Assembly (NCBI RefSeq): GCF_964355755.1 | Contig: NC_092672.1 | Span: forward strand, 7,998,001 to 8,062,000 | DNA length: 64,000 bases | Reading direction: 5' to 3' | From: Antedon mediterranea | Taxonomy: Eukaryota; Animalia; Echinodermata | Shown here: piece by piece, positions 1 to 15,544 of the stretch | Position numbering within the stretch: position 1 is the first letter of the stretch | How the letters are laid out: every line of letters begins with the position of its first letter | The notes under the pieces: generated by a model | The model's database searches: none | What the model was told of the DNA's origin: nothing | What the model saw: only the letters and a program-made list of their open reading frames with translations | Position numbers and translations under genes: made by a program

Positions 1-574
1 AATGCTAATAAATAAAGCTTTTCAATAAAAGTGTGAAATGGTAAAGAGAAAACAAACTACACCTGTAAATAAGCATAGGAAAATATAAGACTATTTAGAG
101 CGATGGCAGAGACAGTCACTAGATTGACAGGGTATTAAGCCCACAAATCGCATAGGCTTAGAAACGAGTTAAAATAGACAACATCTATCAAAATTGCAGA
201 ATATCAACAGGACAGGTAAAGATACTGCATTAACCGATTAAACTATACAAAACAACATATTGTTCAGTTTCCAATCGTTATCAATTTAGTTATGTTCTTA
301 TATATTTGTGTATTGTCAAAAACAATGAAATACTATCATTATCTATAGCAACTCATTTATTATTAGTGTTTATATTATCAAACATTTACTAAAATAAAAT
401 TTAAGAAAAAAATTTGAAATAACTGATAAATGTTAAAAATCAAACAGTATATGTTATATCTAGTCTAGTAGTCTATAATAAAGTATTAAACTATTTAGTT
501 ATTCTTATTCAATGAATAATTGGAAGTTGCTAATTAAGATTTCCACTAATTCCACTCAACGCTTATTCTCTATT

Positions 575-645
575 CAGAAGTCTTCCTATTATTAGGTGGA
601 CACTTTGTTGGGTCCCAAATGTCTCATTTGTAAGGTTTCTCTGCA
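575..645. mobile_element. Degenerate pogo/Tc1-type MITE fragment
   Basis: GGACACTT...GGTCCCAAATGTC...AAGGTTTCTCTGCA resembles the GGACAC/TGTCC sub-repeat and right-end layout of the elements at 9822 and 49985. Confidence 0.3.
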
Positions 646-3600
646 GATTAAAAGATGAACACTAATCAAATAAAAGTTAAGTTTAAAAAAAAATAGTTTT
701 CAGGAAAGCACTGAGACAGTATAGAATAGATGCTAGGAAATACAAAACAGCAGTAATAAATTGTAGACTCGTATTAATTACTAAAATAACATATCTAGAA
801 ATATTCAGATTTGGTTGTAAAATCTTTATATTTGGTAATAACTTTTATCCAAATATCAAATGCCTTTTATTAACCCTTTTGTGGTGTATTGGTCGTGTGG
901 CACAGACGTACGTAAAATTGAAGGGCATTTTATTAGATAAATAATAAACGTATTATGCGTATTGCTTTAGTAATTTACAAGTATTTTAAAAGCAATCACA
1001 AAGAATAGATCATAGCTATGCTTTTGTCAGTTTAATATTTAATTCTCATGAGTATAGAAATCACAAATGACACTAAATATGATGTCGTTTTTAACTACCC
1101 AATTCAACAATATTTAATATCTTTAATTGACATTTAATTTGTTTTAAATATCCTTTGGATTATTACAAAATAAACACTTGTATAATATCAGTGATTCTAT
1201 GATAATGGTAGTAATTAATATTGAATTAAACTTATATTGTAATTCTTAAAGATATCTTTTGCATTTAATAAAAATAACAATCATTGAAAATTATGATATT
1301 ATTACAATAAGTCAAAAAATGGAATAAATATTAAAATGTTAATAACTTTAGAGTACTTACAAAGGACAATGTATAGATGTTTGAAATGTATTGATAAATA
1401 CTCGGTTATATAATTTCCAATTAAAAACACCATAAAGAAATTTGCAAACAAAATAATTTCTTGTTTATCTTCAATAAAAGTGAAAAGAAAAAGCAGCAAA
1501 ATGCAACAATAAACGAAGATATTAAAAAGGAACATTTGCAGACAATCATAAGAAAGTAAGTGTATTGTCAAATTCATTTTTGTATTGATTTCTTTTAATC
1601 TATTTTAAATGAAAATATTATTACTGTACCGCATTTCAAAATGATGAAATAATGAACAAAATGTATTAATACCAGAAGATACACATAATATTTCAGATAA
1701 AACGAAGATTTAAACTTTAAATAAAAATAATTCTCTTTATTATTTATTTTATCTTTCTCTTTACTTTGAGTTACCTCTGATAGACCATGAAATATAAAAA
1801 AATAGATATTTTATATTCAATCTAACATTGGACAAAATGAATTATATATTGAATCAATTTGTAGAAGCAGATCGTACAGTGTGTAATGTTATGTTTAAAA
1901 AATTGAGATTATTCTACCTCCATCCTCTCGGTTCCGGAGATGGGTCTTCATAGCTTTGTATCAAATATAACTTTATTTTCCACTTTGCCAGTGACTAAAT
2001 TAAATATGTTGGTTTTTAATTGAGAAAAAAATACCAGAATACTAGAAGTCGAACTAAAATCTCCAAACCTATGCACTTTTTAAGTCATTGAACTTTAACT
2101 ACATAGTTAAGATGAACAATTAAAGAAAATGAAAATTGTTTCTTTTAAAGTCTTTACAATTGAAGCATCGCAATTTATAATACAAGTCTTCCTCTTATTA
2201 TCTAGAAAACAACTAAAAACTAATAAAAAAACATTAAGGTACACAATGAAGAGAAGTTAAATGCATTGTATTCTACTGACCACAAAATTACCCAATGAAT
2301 TTAAACAACAAAAAGAATAATATAACAAGTGTATAGCTGGTTGACTAAAGTTCAACGTTATTTTCATGACTATAAGCTATTCATATAAAGGAAGTAATCC
2401 TGGTTTGAATTAAAACCAAAGATAGTAAAATGAATAGATACCAATATATAAGGCAATTAACACTTTTGATGACACTACGGAAGTAGCCTAACAGACCATC
2501 GAATAAACTAAAAACTATTTTCCGTTTAAAAAGTTGATGTTCAACACAAACAAATTGCTGGAACTCCAGAATAAAAATGGACATTAGGATAAAAATTATT
2601 GCTCATTTACTGTTTCATTTAAACAACAAATACTTATTGTACTTTATATACATAATTTTATAATAAGAGTGTCCTATGATAATTTGCATATGATTTAACA
2701 ATACTGTAGAAAATTGTAAAGATTCAGTATTTCTATAAACTCTAGTTCAACTACTTAAGCAAACTGAAAATCATTAAAAAAAATCCAGTAACAGAAAACA
2801 AAGGTGATAAGAATTCATTAAATATTGTATTTGACCAGACTTGGCCTTAGGCGTACCATACACCACATCGCAACATAAACAACACCTAGTAAAGACCAAT
2901 TATTTCCATAATAATAAAAGATGAGAGAAGCAGATTCGAAGCTATCAAAACTAAGGTCCTTTATATTGCCCCTAAAGGCAAGTCGAACTGCGACAACGGA
3001 AATAAAAACCCAGTAGAATAGAGAATAAAATCACGTCTGCAATAGAGAGTATCTAATTAATGAGGCCCCTCTTCTGCTGGTCAGGGTTCCAGGTAATACA
3101 CCTGAGGGGTAATACCAGTTCTATACAAGAAGACACACCTGCGAACAATAGGTTTTGATAATCAAAGGCCAAGAAGAACATTTTATAATAAGACTATTAG
3201 AACATCTCTCAAGTCTAAGTCATGTTCTTCCCACTAGCATCAAGATTACAAAAGCTAAACAGAAGAAAAACAGTAGCCTGAAAGATTCTTATAACACTTC
3301 TTAAAATCTTTAGCCTGTACTATACTTCTTAATAAATGTCTCTTTCTTCTTGAAGGAAAATATCAAAGCGTACCTTTAGGGTGCATGACACAGACACACA
3401 GTGCAAATAAGATTACTTTGTTGATAGACACAAACAAATTGTAGAACAGTGTTGACATTGTACATCATAAAAAAAAATCATTAAATAAAAACAGATAATA
3501 GCAAGGATAAGTGGTTCTTTAAAAGCAAGCTTAAGAATGCTAAGTATTTATCCTAGAAGCTATCTTTAAAAGACTACCACTATAAAATAAATATGAATTG

Positions 3601-6600
3601 GAAATCCATTTGAAATTCATAAAACACATGTTTCATATTAATAATTTACTTGTAAAAGATGAAGCAATGATGAACATTTGATCAATGAAAGTTTATCAAA
3701 TTGTTGAAATCATTCTTTTAAATTTTGTAGACCTTTTAAAGATATATTTCCACAAAACATGAACAAAAAAATGAATGAAATCAAAATTGAAATAGGCCAT
3801 TATGTAGATTTAATATTATTGACTACTATTTAGAAAACATATTTTCGTTTATATAATAGAAAAAAAAACAGTCCTTGGTCAAAGTTAAAAAACTATTAAA
3901 CATAATTTACTAAATTGTACTCTCCTATAAATATCAAGAAAACAATGAAATTATTTATCGGTTATCTCCACAAGGGAGAAAACACACACTTTCTAAAAAG
4001 GATCTAATTAAAAATTATGCTGACATAATTAGGTTTTTCTTACAACGTGTATGTTTCACGGTGGTGGGTAAGTTACAGAACAATTACACTATTCTGTTAG
4101 CTTTTGAAGATCGTGCTTATGACATGAATACGAATAACAAATTTCAACCAAATATTGACAGATATTATTAACATATTTCACATTTATTATCTGTATCATT
4201 GTTCTATTTTTTTTCTCTACTGGGTAATTGTTTTAATACTAGTGTTTTACTCCTTTATTTCATATTTTATGTATGTAATAATAATATCTTAATAAAACTA
4301 CTCCTTTAAATCAGTGGTTCGTGCTTATAATACCAGCGTTTTTTAAACCATACAAATAATTTTAAATGAAGCTTGGAAATAGTAAAATAATTTAAACACA
4401 CACTGAAATGAAAATTGCCAAAGTCTTATTTACCTATCAAATCAGCTGCATATATTTTTAGTTTTTAATAAAAATGAATATGAAGTATTATATAAAGTAT
4501 ATATAGGCCTACACAATTTAAGTTTTTAAAGAAAATATATAATAGTGTATACGGTAATGATTTTTGTGTGGAATAAACTAATATACAGTAGTAATGTTTT
4601 TTTCACTTTGAAATATATGCAGATATAAAATACTAGGAATTTTGTTGCTAATTGTTGATTTTTTGGTTCAAAACACCTGTAAAAGCACAAAAACACAACA
4701 ATTTTATCATTGTTGATTGAAAACAATCGTTGCTAACGCTTCATAATTTTAGAAAGCTTAATGTCTGACAATGCGGATCAATTATTACTCGTCGTCGAAG
4801 GAAACAGAAATTGCTGCGTAATCTGTCTTGATTTTCATTCTTTTTCTGTTCGCTTTCTAACGATTTTCGGATTTTTTCAATTGCTAATCTTTTTGTCCTT
4901 TGCAAATACTAGGGCTTTGAGAACTGAATGAGTTTGATGTAGGTACATTAATGATCTATACAGAGCAACATAATGTCTAAGCCATTAAAGAAAGGAAAAT
5001 AATGTACAAATACAATATAAATCAACAATGCAATTACTCTCTGCTTACAGTACCTTTGAAAATGGTGGCTGAATTATTAATAAAACATTAATTAATATCA
5101 CAGTAAAATTTAATTACTTAGTTTTGTCTTTAATAATGTAAAAACTACTGCAAATCAGTATTCCATTGCGAGTGCAATTTGAAATAATTTAATATAAATA
5201 CATATGAATTAGTATATAGGTAATCAAAATATTGTACAATGTAATTCTAACTTTTTTAAATATAATAAAATACAATTTGTTATATATCATGAATTTTATT
5301 AATATTAGATAAGTAATTATTAAAGACAATTAAAAAATACTTTAGATGAATGTACAGACTTTCAGTTAAGTTTCTCTTCTGCGATGGAAGCTAAATATAA
5401 TAAGCTAAATCGGAATTGCAGGCTTACAGCCCCGCTTACAGCAGACTGCCTGACAAATATTCAACAATAATAAATACAAGAAAATAACTGAAAATTATCA
5501 ATAATTTAAGGGAATTATAGTTTTAGAGACACTAAATATTTTTAGTATCGCAATGGTCTCTTCAGGACCAAAATATATGTAAACTTTACATAGTGACTCA
5601 CTATATTTTTTAACCTTGTCACATTTTGTTCGTACAAGGTTGGAATATCTACCATACTCTGTAGCATAGACATAAGCAAACACTGACCGCTGAACTTGTA
5701 TTATCAATTTAATTATTTTTATTTACTAACTTAACAATTATTAAAATCAAGAGAATAACTTTGAATAGGCCACATCCTTGAACTTAAAACAATAACTAAC
5801 ATTGTAAATACCACCATCTTAAAAATCAAACAAAAATTATCGGTCAGGGTCCTTGCGGAATGTTCCGCTGCAGAAGAATGGGGACTAATATCTTAAAAGG
5901 AATTTTTTCTCTGATTCTTTTCTTGACCAATCTAAATCCTTTGGTCAACAAAGTTATCTTTTCTTATCTGACGAGGGAGTAAACAAGTTCACAGGATCTT
6001 TATTTCAATTGCTTTCTTGTTCTATCTTTTGTTTTGCTATCTTTGGGTCAATACATGCTTAAGGCAACAGGTTTTATATTGAAAAAGAAAGCCTTTCAGA
6101 TTCTGTACAATCTTTGAACTTGAGGTCATATTCAGGTCTATCTGAACTTTTTAATTTTAAAGTTTATCATTCTATAGATAAGTATAAACTTATAAGATTA
6201 AAATTAAAAAGAAAGTACAGTATCTGACACAATAAATTGTGTGTTCCTATATTGTATATTTTTTTTTACATTCATAAATTAAATTATTTTTTATATCATA
6301 TTTTCATTATTAAATGTATATAAAGTTTTTTGATGTTTTATTTATTTTTTACCAAAAAACTGAATAAACTGCACATATAGATATTATTATGTTAAATTTT
6401 AAAATCTATGGGTATATCTTTTTCTTTACATACATTTAAATGTGGAAAGTATTTTGTAATATTATTTAAAAGTGAAATTAATAATACTGTAATAATGTAG
6501 TAAAATAATTATAATCATAAATTAATACAATAGTAAATGTAAGTAGTAAATAAATATAATATTATGGTAGTTAAATTATTAATACTATAAATTAATATAG

Positions 6601-9600
6601 TAGTTAAATAACTAATAACTTATATAAGTAAATAATAATTAACAATTATTATTAATTTAAAAAAATGTAGAATGAAAATTAAACACTACATTTTGAAATA
6701 GAGATACAAAATCAACTAATGAAAATATATGTTTATTTTAAAAATCCTGAAGCTAAGTGGTTGATGTTTGATCACACCTAGACGAAATTAAAAATCATCG
6801 TTGTTTACATAAAACACAACCATAGATTTTTCAATACAAAGCTTTCTTTTCTTCAAATTTAATTTTCTAAGGGTAAAAATATCCTTGACACTTTAATGTA
6901 GTAGTGGTATCTGAGTATGTATCTATTATTACCTCGCATCTGCACTTTTATTGGGTTTTACACCTAAGGGCTTAACACACACAGGTAAACTAACGCGATG
7001 AGTAAACAACTTGCGTGTCATCTTATCTACAAAATGCGTTTTCCATTCATCTACACACTATAGGTAGTTCTTTCTTCCCGACCTAAGATAACCTATTTTC
7101 TATTGTGTTACAAGTTTTAGATTCTGACAATATTTGTTCAGTCTTTTGTCGAAAATTCTTTTCATTTAATTCATTGTGTTTAAATTTCGAAGTTATTCGG
7201 TTATTATTTTGCGACAGACATGAAATTAAAAGAAAAATAACCATATCCTTATTATTCAGTATTTTTTTTTATGGCTTTGCTCTTATATTATATCTCTAAT
7301 TTATAAAAATAGTTAACATAATAGATTTGAAATTTAATATTGATGAAACAATTTTCCATTTTAAAAAAAATAACAATTTTCAACAGAAAAATGTAAAAAC
7401 TACTTTTGTGATCAGAGCAATATTAATTAATATTTGGTATAATCATCAGAACTGTTTTATTTAAATTTAATTATAAATTTCCTAAATGAATTATAACTTA
7501 ATTATTAATTATCAAATATGCTATTTTAAAAGTCATTTAATTTTAAGAAATTCATAAAAAAAAGGTAACATTAGTTTATGCAATAGTTGAAAGTGAAAAA
7601 AAAAAAATCAAAACCTACCGAAAGCTTTGAAAACATCCTAACGCCGTGAAACAAACAGTATATTAACTTTAGCCGCTCAAAATACTTTATCAACTTTTAA
7701 CAACTCGAGTTGGAAAACTTTTTTTATACAACATTCATAAATAAAGTTGAATAACTGTCACTCAGTTGAAGTCGAAGCTTTAAGACAAGAAGGCCTACTG
7801 AACTAGGCTTAAGCACCAGACGAAGATATGAAAGTGTTCGTTAGAGATTGAAACCCACGGCGTAAACACCAACAACTCTGGGACAGCAACAAATGATACC
7901 GATTAATTGGTCTAAGACAAGTTGGTGATTCAGGCAGAATGTTCGTCGTCCAACAAGATAAGCATGTAAAACAACTCACAGCCAAGTCACGAGTACGTCC
8001 CTATTCAAACTGACGGATGTCGAGACACCCACGCTTTCCCACGGCAGGATTTTGCAAGGCGAGAATACACTAATTGTGTATCGATAGACAACATGCTAAA
8101 CGTTCCTTTTTACAAATTCGTACGAGATGTTAATTTGTAAGATAAATGACGAAGGATTGTTAAATGAAAAAAAAATACTGTCGGTATTCTTTGGGAGGTT
8201 TTACTTGCAGGTGGGCAAGAATTGTAAGAAGGATTTGCAGATGGTCTGATTCTATGATTCTAACTTACAAGATCTACCACATCGAAATGTGAGTCAATAG
8301 TTTCACAATTTAGAAATCAAAAGAGCTCTTTAGCATCTGTCATGGAATGTGATTTATGACTGCGTTTTAATCTGAGTGATTGATCTTCGCGTAGCGCTAT
8401 TTAACAAAGCTTCGTGCGTCTGACGAGCTTCTTCCTGTTTAAACATATGCTCCTTGATCAAGTCTATTCAATGCTATCTCCTCCCTCCTCATCTCTGACT
8501 GTTCCACCAATCATATTCACTCCCTCTACATAGGTAATGTAAATTACAAATTCTACGTATTTTTCAAACGTCATCGCTCCACCCAGTAGTTATAATATGA
8601 AAAGAGTTTTTACTTGTTAACATCTGATTGTAACAAATTTCAATTTTTTTTTATAAATGCTAATAATTCAGCCAATTAATTATTTAAAATTCGATATGTA
8701 TGTATTAATTATACAATAAATGCATTATACAATAAATGCATTATATAATTTGAGCACTCAAAAAAACGGAAATATATAAAATTGAGTTCTTTTCTTTATT
8801 TATCACGTATATCACTAGTGATTTTCTTATTTATTGACCGATATCTATATCCTCAAAATTATATTTCAATACCTGTTTTATAAAAAAAAATCAAATATAA
8901 TATTTAACTTAAGAAATAAATGATATCAATTAAATGAAATTTTATATTATAGTCAATAAAGGCTAACTATGACAAAAACAGATAAATGTTTAGTATAACC
9001 ATTTTTTACATGTTAAAATTAAAACTATTTTAATGCATTACAAGTTAAATTGTATCAAATTACTTATTACTGAAATATTTTTTCTAATTATATACACCGA
9101 TATTCGTTGGGTTGGAACACATCTATTTTCATTAGCTGAATAGAAATGGTGTCGGCTAATATTCTTTCATAAATGAATCTCAATGTTATGTTTTCTCTCT
9201 TAATTATTTTCCCTGAATAATAAGTTACCCACAAGAACATTTGATAAAATGAAACAAATCAGTTTTTGCATTATAATTGATAGAAGTGCACCAAATCTAT
9301 TTGCTTATGTAATACAATTTAAAAGGACTTTAAAATCTACTGTGTGGACAGTTCATAGGTGTACCGTAAAATGGCATATATAGGGTTAAATACGAGATGT
9401 TAAATTAATTATCAAAAACATTCAATACAAATTTATTTTGATATGCTACAGTATCTTAAAAATGAATATTAATTAAATCAGACTTTTGATAGGTTATTTT
9501 ATAGTTTTAATAAAGTCAATAACCTTCATAGAAAAAACAAGGCCAATATACATGGCTGCAGTCGCATACGCAAATTTGAGTTAGTGTTTACCGACCGACC

Positions 9601-9821
9601 AATGAAAAAAAAATATTTTCACAAAATAAATGGTTAAAATCAACCAAAAACTCAATTTGACTATTTTTTGTTTTAAATTACAGTTTTTTAAGGTAAATCA
9701 TTTTTTTTTCGATCTAATTTTTGAATAACTATTATGTGACATTAAAATGGCAGATTCAACAGAAATTTTTAATATAATTATTTTTTTAAGGTTGACAATA
9801 CATCTTTAAATGTTTTAAATT

Positions 9822-10495
9822 TATAGTAAACCTTTTCTTTGTAACATATTCAGGGGACACCATATTCAGGGGACACCCATATTCAGGGGGACACCCATAT
9901 TCAGGGGACACTCGTATTCAGAGGGACACTCATATTCAGGGTACACCCATATTCAGGGTACACTCATATTCAGAGGGACACTCATATTCAGGGGACACCC
10001 ATATTCAGAAAACACCCATATTCAGGAAACACCCATATTCAGGGGACACCCATATTCAGGGGACACCCATATTCAGAGGGACACCCATATTCAGAGGGAC
10101 ACCCATATTCAACAGACACCCATATTCAACAGACACCCATATTCAAGGGACACCCATATTCAACAGACACCCATATTCAACAGACACCCATATTCAACAG
10201 ACACCCATATTCAACAGACACCCATATTCAACAGGACACCCATATTCAACAGGACACCCATATTCAACAGACACCCATATTCAACAGACACCCATATTCA
10301 ACAGACACCCATATTCAAGGGACACCCATATTCAGAGGGACACCCATATTCAGAGGGACACCCATATTCAGAGGGACACCCATATTCAGAGGGACACCCA
10401 TATTCAGAGGGACACCCATATTCAGGGGACACCATTAATTAAGTTTACACTATTTGTTTGGTCTAATATTGTCGCCTTAATAGGGGGATCTACTG
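9822..10495 (+). mobile_element. Degenerate pogo/Tc1-type MITE hosting an expanded minisatellite
   Basis: Left end TATAGTAAACCTT and right end TGTCGCCTTAATAGGGGGATCTACTG are degenerate inverted termini. The right end is related to the reverse complement of the GTAGAACCTCTC left end at 49989, and the internal unit is shared with that element. Confidence 0.5.
9845..10433 (+). repeat. Minisatellite, about 34 units of 17-18 bp (consensus CCATATTCAGGGGACAC)
   Basis: Hand count of 34 TATTCA cores. Near-constant ACACCCATATTCA with a variable 4-5 nt segment (GGGG, GAGGG, GGGT, GAAA, GGAA, ACAG, ACAGG, AGGG). Confidence 0.97.
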
Positions 10496-13180
10496 AAAAC
10501 AACTAAATGAAATAGTGATTCAAAGATGCTAGGTTAACAAACTCAATTTATTATGCACTAAACATACAGACAGTTTCATGAGGGGTACCTCAATCTGCAT
10601 GGTACTTAGCAAGGAATCTGCAGCTATGTTAATGTAAGATCTTTAACACATAACACTTGTTAAGTCATATTCGAAATAAATCTAAAATAAATCATACCTC
10701 AATAACACAGCATCTTTCAACAGTCAGATTTTCAACATTTTACGACAGTTTTGTCACAAACTTAAAAACTAGGGTCCATCTCTCTAGACAAAGTTTAAAC
10801 TCTCATGTAATTTGACCAATTTTCAATTTATTTCCTGGATTTCAAACCTCTTAGCTAAACAATAAATAATGTTTCTCAACTGACTTTAATGCCGACATGA
10901 TCTGATGAGAGACTGTGTCAAACACGACCTCATTTAATGCCTATTTTTTTATTTAACCTTTACATGTTTCATACTTTAGGTACCGTATAGTTTAGAAACA
11001 AAAATTACATCTGCATTTGATCCACGACTAGAGCATCTTAATCCGAGGAAACTGAAAGTTTGTCAACGTTGAGGAAGCGAACAACAACAAATGCAATACT
11101 CAATTGATGAGAATCACGACCAGGTGATGTTTAATCAATGATTTTAAACGGCAATTAATATCACTCTTGATTTCCCCGCACATTTCAATAGAAAATGGGA
11201 GGGGGAATACTTGTTATTCTCATTTCTAGTGTTGTAATCTTTGTAAAAATTAAACGAACAAATGAACACCTGGGTCCAAATAATCTGTAGGAAAAGAGAA
11301 TAGCAGAGAATGCTAGAAAAATAACACAAGTATTAATCTCATATTTCCTGATATATTATTCACAGATTTACATGTTAAGTTTGCATACAATACATATTTT
11401 ATTACATGATCACATTTTAGGTTCAATAATAGTATAACAATAACAAATGTATTAAAACAAATGTTGAAATCTTTTGTTTTGTATGTGTTTAACCACAATA
11501 TAGTACAGAATATCAAATAATTAATTTATATAATACTTAATTTGTTTTTGTTTTATAGTGGGTTGAACAATAGCTGTTTAGGACAGTCTTTCCTTGCATT
11601 TATAATCTGTTTGATTTTTATTTTGCAGAAATTTAAATAAATAAACCTTTTAAAAAGGTAAATTAATAAGGATAAATAAAGCTTTTAATCCTTTTAAATT
11701 ATTAAAATAATTAAACATTTTAAATATACAATATGCTCAATAAAAATAAATATTTTTGTCATAGCAAAGGAAATATCTATAACATAACAGATTACAACAC
11801 AATACCCAATATGTTTTATATCATTTTTCATATCATCATAGCAAATATTTATCTAAATGTTTTTGATAAATGACCAAGATGAGCAAATTAAACAAGATAT
11901 TTCATATTTTTCTTTATTGGAAATATGAAAATAAACGACCTACATGAAGTTATTGGGAAAGCTCAGTTTATATGTTGCAGTGTCATTTATTTATATATAT
12001 ATATATCGCTTAGCAATGATGGAAACCTTAAGGTATAATTCTCGAAAGGAGCGATTACATCAACATCGGTGTGTCACTCACTCGAAAGAAGATCGTAAAT
12101 TGTTTTTAATGTTGTCCATTTACATCATCCGCACTGATAAAGAAATATGTCAATGAGAAAGGCACATGAATCTATCAGAGTCAACGAGACAACAGCTTTG
12201 AAATCATTACGAGTTGGCGGTAATCAAATGAAATATTTTGATATATTGATGATGACTGTGACAAAGGTTTGTAACGAATCGAAAAGTACCGTTACCCTCT
12301 CAGAGAAGCTTTCAGCAATAAATAAACTATCTATACGTCATAATAGTGAATCTGCCCACTTTATAACAATCTACAAAATTGTACTACTGATTGTTACAAT
12401 CACTTTGACATTTTCTATTCAAAGAAACTATTTTTTCTCTCTTCCGCGTAAACTAGGTCTTCCATTGTGTTGAGATTTACCATCGTTTCGGGATTAACAA
12501 GAGACATCTATTTTCATGAAATCAAGTCGATGTCGTAAATAACAACACAGAGAATATGATTTGATGGAATGAGACAAGAAGCATTACCAGAGGGAACACT
12601 TAAACAAATCTGGTCTTCACTCATGTTTTTATTATTTTTAATACACGTTACAGATTTATACTGTGATTTTACGACTCCATTGTTTGAAAAGGTGTCAGAA
12701 AAGCTTGTAGAAAATCGTCAAGGAAGCCATTACAAAGTGAAGTAAGACAAAAGGAACGTGAGAAGCTAATCATATTTAATTGGTAATGATATATCTCTTG
12801 GATAATGTGATGGCAATGGGGATATGTGATGGAATAGTGTTGTCATTAAAACATTTACTGGGTCCACTTGAAATTGACCCCATGAGAACAAGGGTAAAAT
12901 CCTTACAAATTACTGTTATTAATCATAAGATTTAGCACCATAAACACCTTCGACAAATCAAATGCGAAAATTGATTATTGTGTAAATGTCATTGTTCCTT
13001 TTATTGTTGTGTTAATTGTGATTTTAAATGTTACGGAACAATAAAGATATAGCAGATATTATTTATTGTTTGATATACAAATATAAATGTAAATAATTAA
13101 ATAAAAATATTATTATTTCAAATAAAAAATGTATATTAATTACATTTTCCTACATAAATTACTTTTATACTGATTACATT

Positions 13181-13255
13181 TGAGTTGAGAAAAACAATGT
13201 CATTCTCAGATAGGACTCGAACAAAGATCTCCAGATCACTAGCTTTGTGTTTCTA
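13181..13255 (-). mobile_element. tRNA-derived SINE remnant (5'-truncated)
   Basis: Minus strand reads ...GCTAGTGATCTGGAGATCTTTGTTCGAGTCCTATCTGAG..., giving a Pol III B-box GTTCGAGTCC (13213-13222) in tRNA-like context. A-box not preserved. Confidence 0.5.
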
Positions 13256-15544
13256 AAAATGTAATGTTTTGGAATTTTTGACAAATAATAACAAACTTTT
13301 TATGATTATGAATATTGTAAAATTTGTAAGAATTATTGTTTGATGATAATACTAATTAAAAATTTCAATAAAAAATGAAATTCTTTTCATCCCATCCCAG
13401 AAATATTAAATTAGTCTTAATTAAATGTATATTAATTTTTACAACAGTATTAATTTTTACCAATTTATGTGCCTTTCCTTTAGTTTATCCTGAAATTGCT
13501 ACGACAATCAATCTAATAATACTAAAAATATCTTTATAAGAAATAGACTATCAAGTCTTTTACCCATCACTATTAGATGAGAATTAATTGCCTCCCATTA
13601 TCAAGTTGTCAGTGAATTTTCAATTTAACAAATTCCATTAATCTCGGCAGAGCATTTTACCGATCTCTTCTTCGTCACTTTTTTCCAGGGTTACGCACAG
13701 TTGTCTAGTTACTCGTCAAATTCATTTAAATTCACACCGGTTAAAAAACCATTTAAACCTTTGATACCCTCTTTTGATACGATTAATTATCCTATTAATT
13801 TAACGGAGATAAAGAATACCTATTACCGCCAAATGTTAGCACTTAACGTTTTCCCATCGACGTGTTTGCTTAATTAAGGACCAAAACGAACATTATCATT
13901 GCCATCATCTTTCTCCTCAATTTCTATTTAAGTGCGATGTTTGCCCAGAGTGACATCAATTTATCCATAGACAGCAAGATGATTTATCATCAAAGAAACG
14001 AGACGATCGTTCTAACAACAATCGTCGACACAATCAAAGTAAAATTCCATCCGTGCATCGCAATCTTCTAGCGCTAAGTAGCAGTACTTCAGTATCGTAT
14101 ATTGATTGCCATCTTTTTGAGAGTGGGCAATAACCGACGTATTAATAAATAATTATCATCGACGACTATCTAATGAGCAAGTAGTTTGAGTCGTCAGGAC
14201 AAGATGAATCTGTTAATGCATGTTAAATTGCTTGTTTCTTTATTTTTTCTGGGTTTCTTTTTTGATACATTAATATGAAGTATGTAGATTTTTTTTAACT
14301 ACCTGTACTAAATTTACTTTAAAAAAAATTCTGTATTTTAGGAACAATTTCTAAAATAGGTAATAATCATGTTATAAAGCAAAAAAAAAAAATCATAACA
14401 ACAAATACATACATACAATAAAAAAAAAATATATATATATTTTATACGTACATAACTTAGAAAATCTTTAAATACTTCAAAGCACTTGTCTTCCCATTAC
14501 GAACAGACTAAGTAATGGTAAGAATTTACTAGTATATAAGAAGTCCAGTCAAATGGAAACATTGCACAGAAAAGAAGAGAATGATACCACTGAGTTTAAT
14601 GAGTACGCTAGAATAATAATAATCAAAAGAAATGTTCTTTTTGTAAGGAAACAAAATTATTCAGCGAGAAATTACTCACAAAAAGCAGAACTGATAGTTG
14701 AACGACACATCGGTGCTGTCACGTAGAAAGAGACGCATGTGCTCCAGTTGCTAGACACTAAAGGAACGTGTATGAAGCTATAAAACCTATTGTACGGTAA
14801 ATTATAAAAGTTGATGATTCTCTTCCGGCTAGAAAAACTTATTTCTAATATAATAAAAGATGCTGCAAAGTTGCCCAACTGTAAAATTAACAGCATCTTG
14901 GTAAAATAGACGGTATAACAAAGAAAAACAAAGTGCTTTTTACAAACTTTAATACGTGTCTATTGACCCTACTAAGATAACATCATTACTGCAAGCACAA
15001 GAGAATTTAAAAACAGATCTCATAATAAGAATGGAATTTAAACCATAATTTTAGCTTTATTTGTTGTTATATATTTAAAATACCACCTCCTTCCTAAGCT
15101 ATTGCCGATTGCGCTCTGATAAGTTTTAACACAATAAAAACTATAATAGGATAAAACTCATCAGTGAAATTAGTACACTATCTTGAACCCACCTGAACTT
15201 GAAATCAATCTTTTACAAACAATTGCCAGAATAATGACATGCATTAATTTTGATAAATAAAAATGTTGTACACCTTTTACAGACAGATTATAAAAACACC
15301 ATTTTATAGCACTTTGAATAGATTATAATAATGATCAAATAAGCGGATTTTTAAACAGATTAAGATATGAAGAATGATAAAGAAAGATATTCAAGTAAAT
15401 CTTACTCCTATTACTGTTTGTTTCTTGTGTTAGTATTAATCCTATAAGATTAATTATAAAGTTTTTAGATTTCAGAGTTATTTTATAAGGCCAACAAGAA
15501 AAAAGAAATATTTCAAAGTTGTTTGAAGAGGAATTTTACTGTTA

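Noticed and set aside
9845-10433. CRISPR-like appearance (constant core with variable insert)
   Set aside because: Variable part is only 4-5 nt and recurrent, no cas genes, eukaryotic context; it is a minisatellite.
10902-10930. CTGATGA followed by GAC-TGT-GTC, possible hammerhead
   Set aside because: No GAAA box after the stem; similar failures at 32988 and 53786 (minus).
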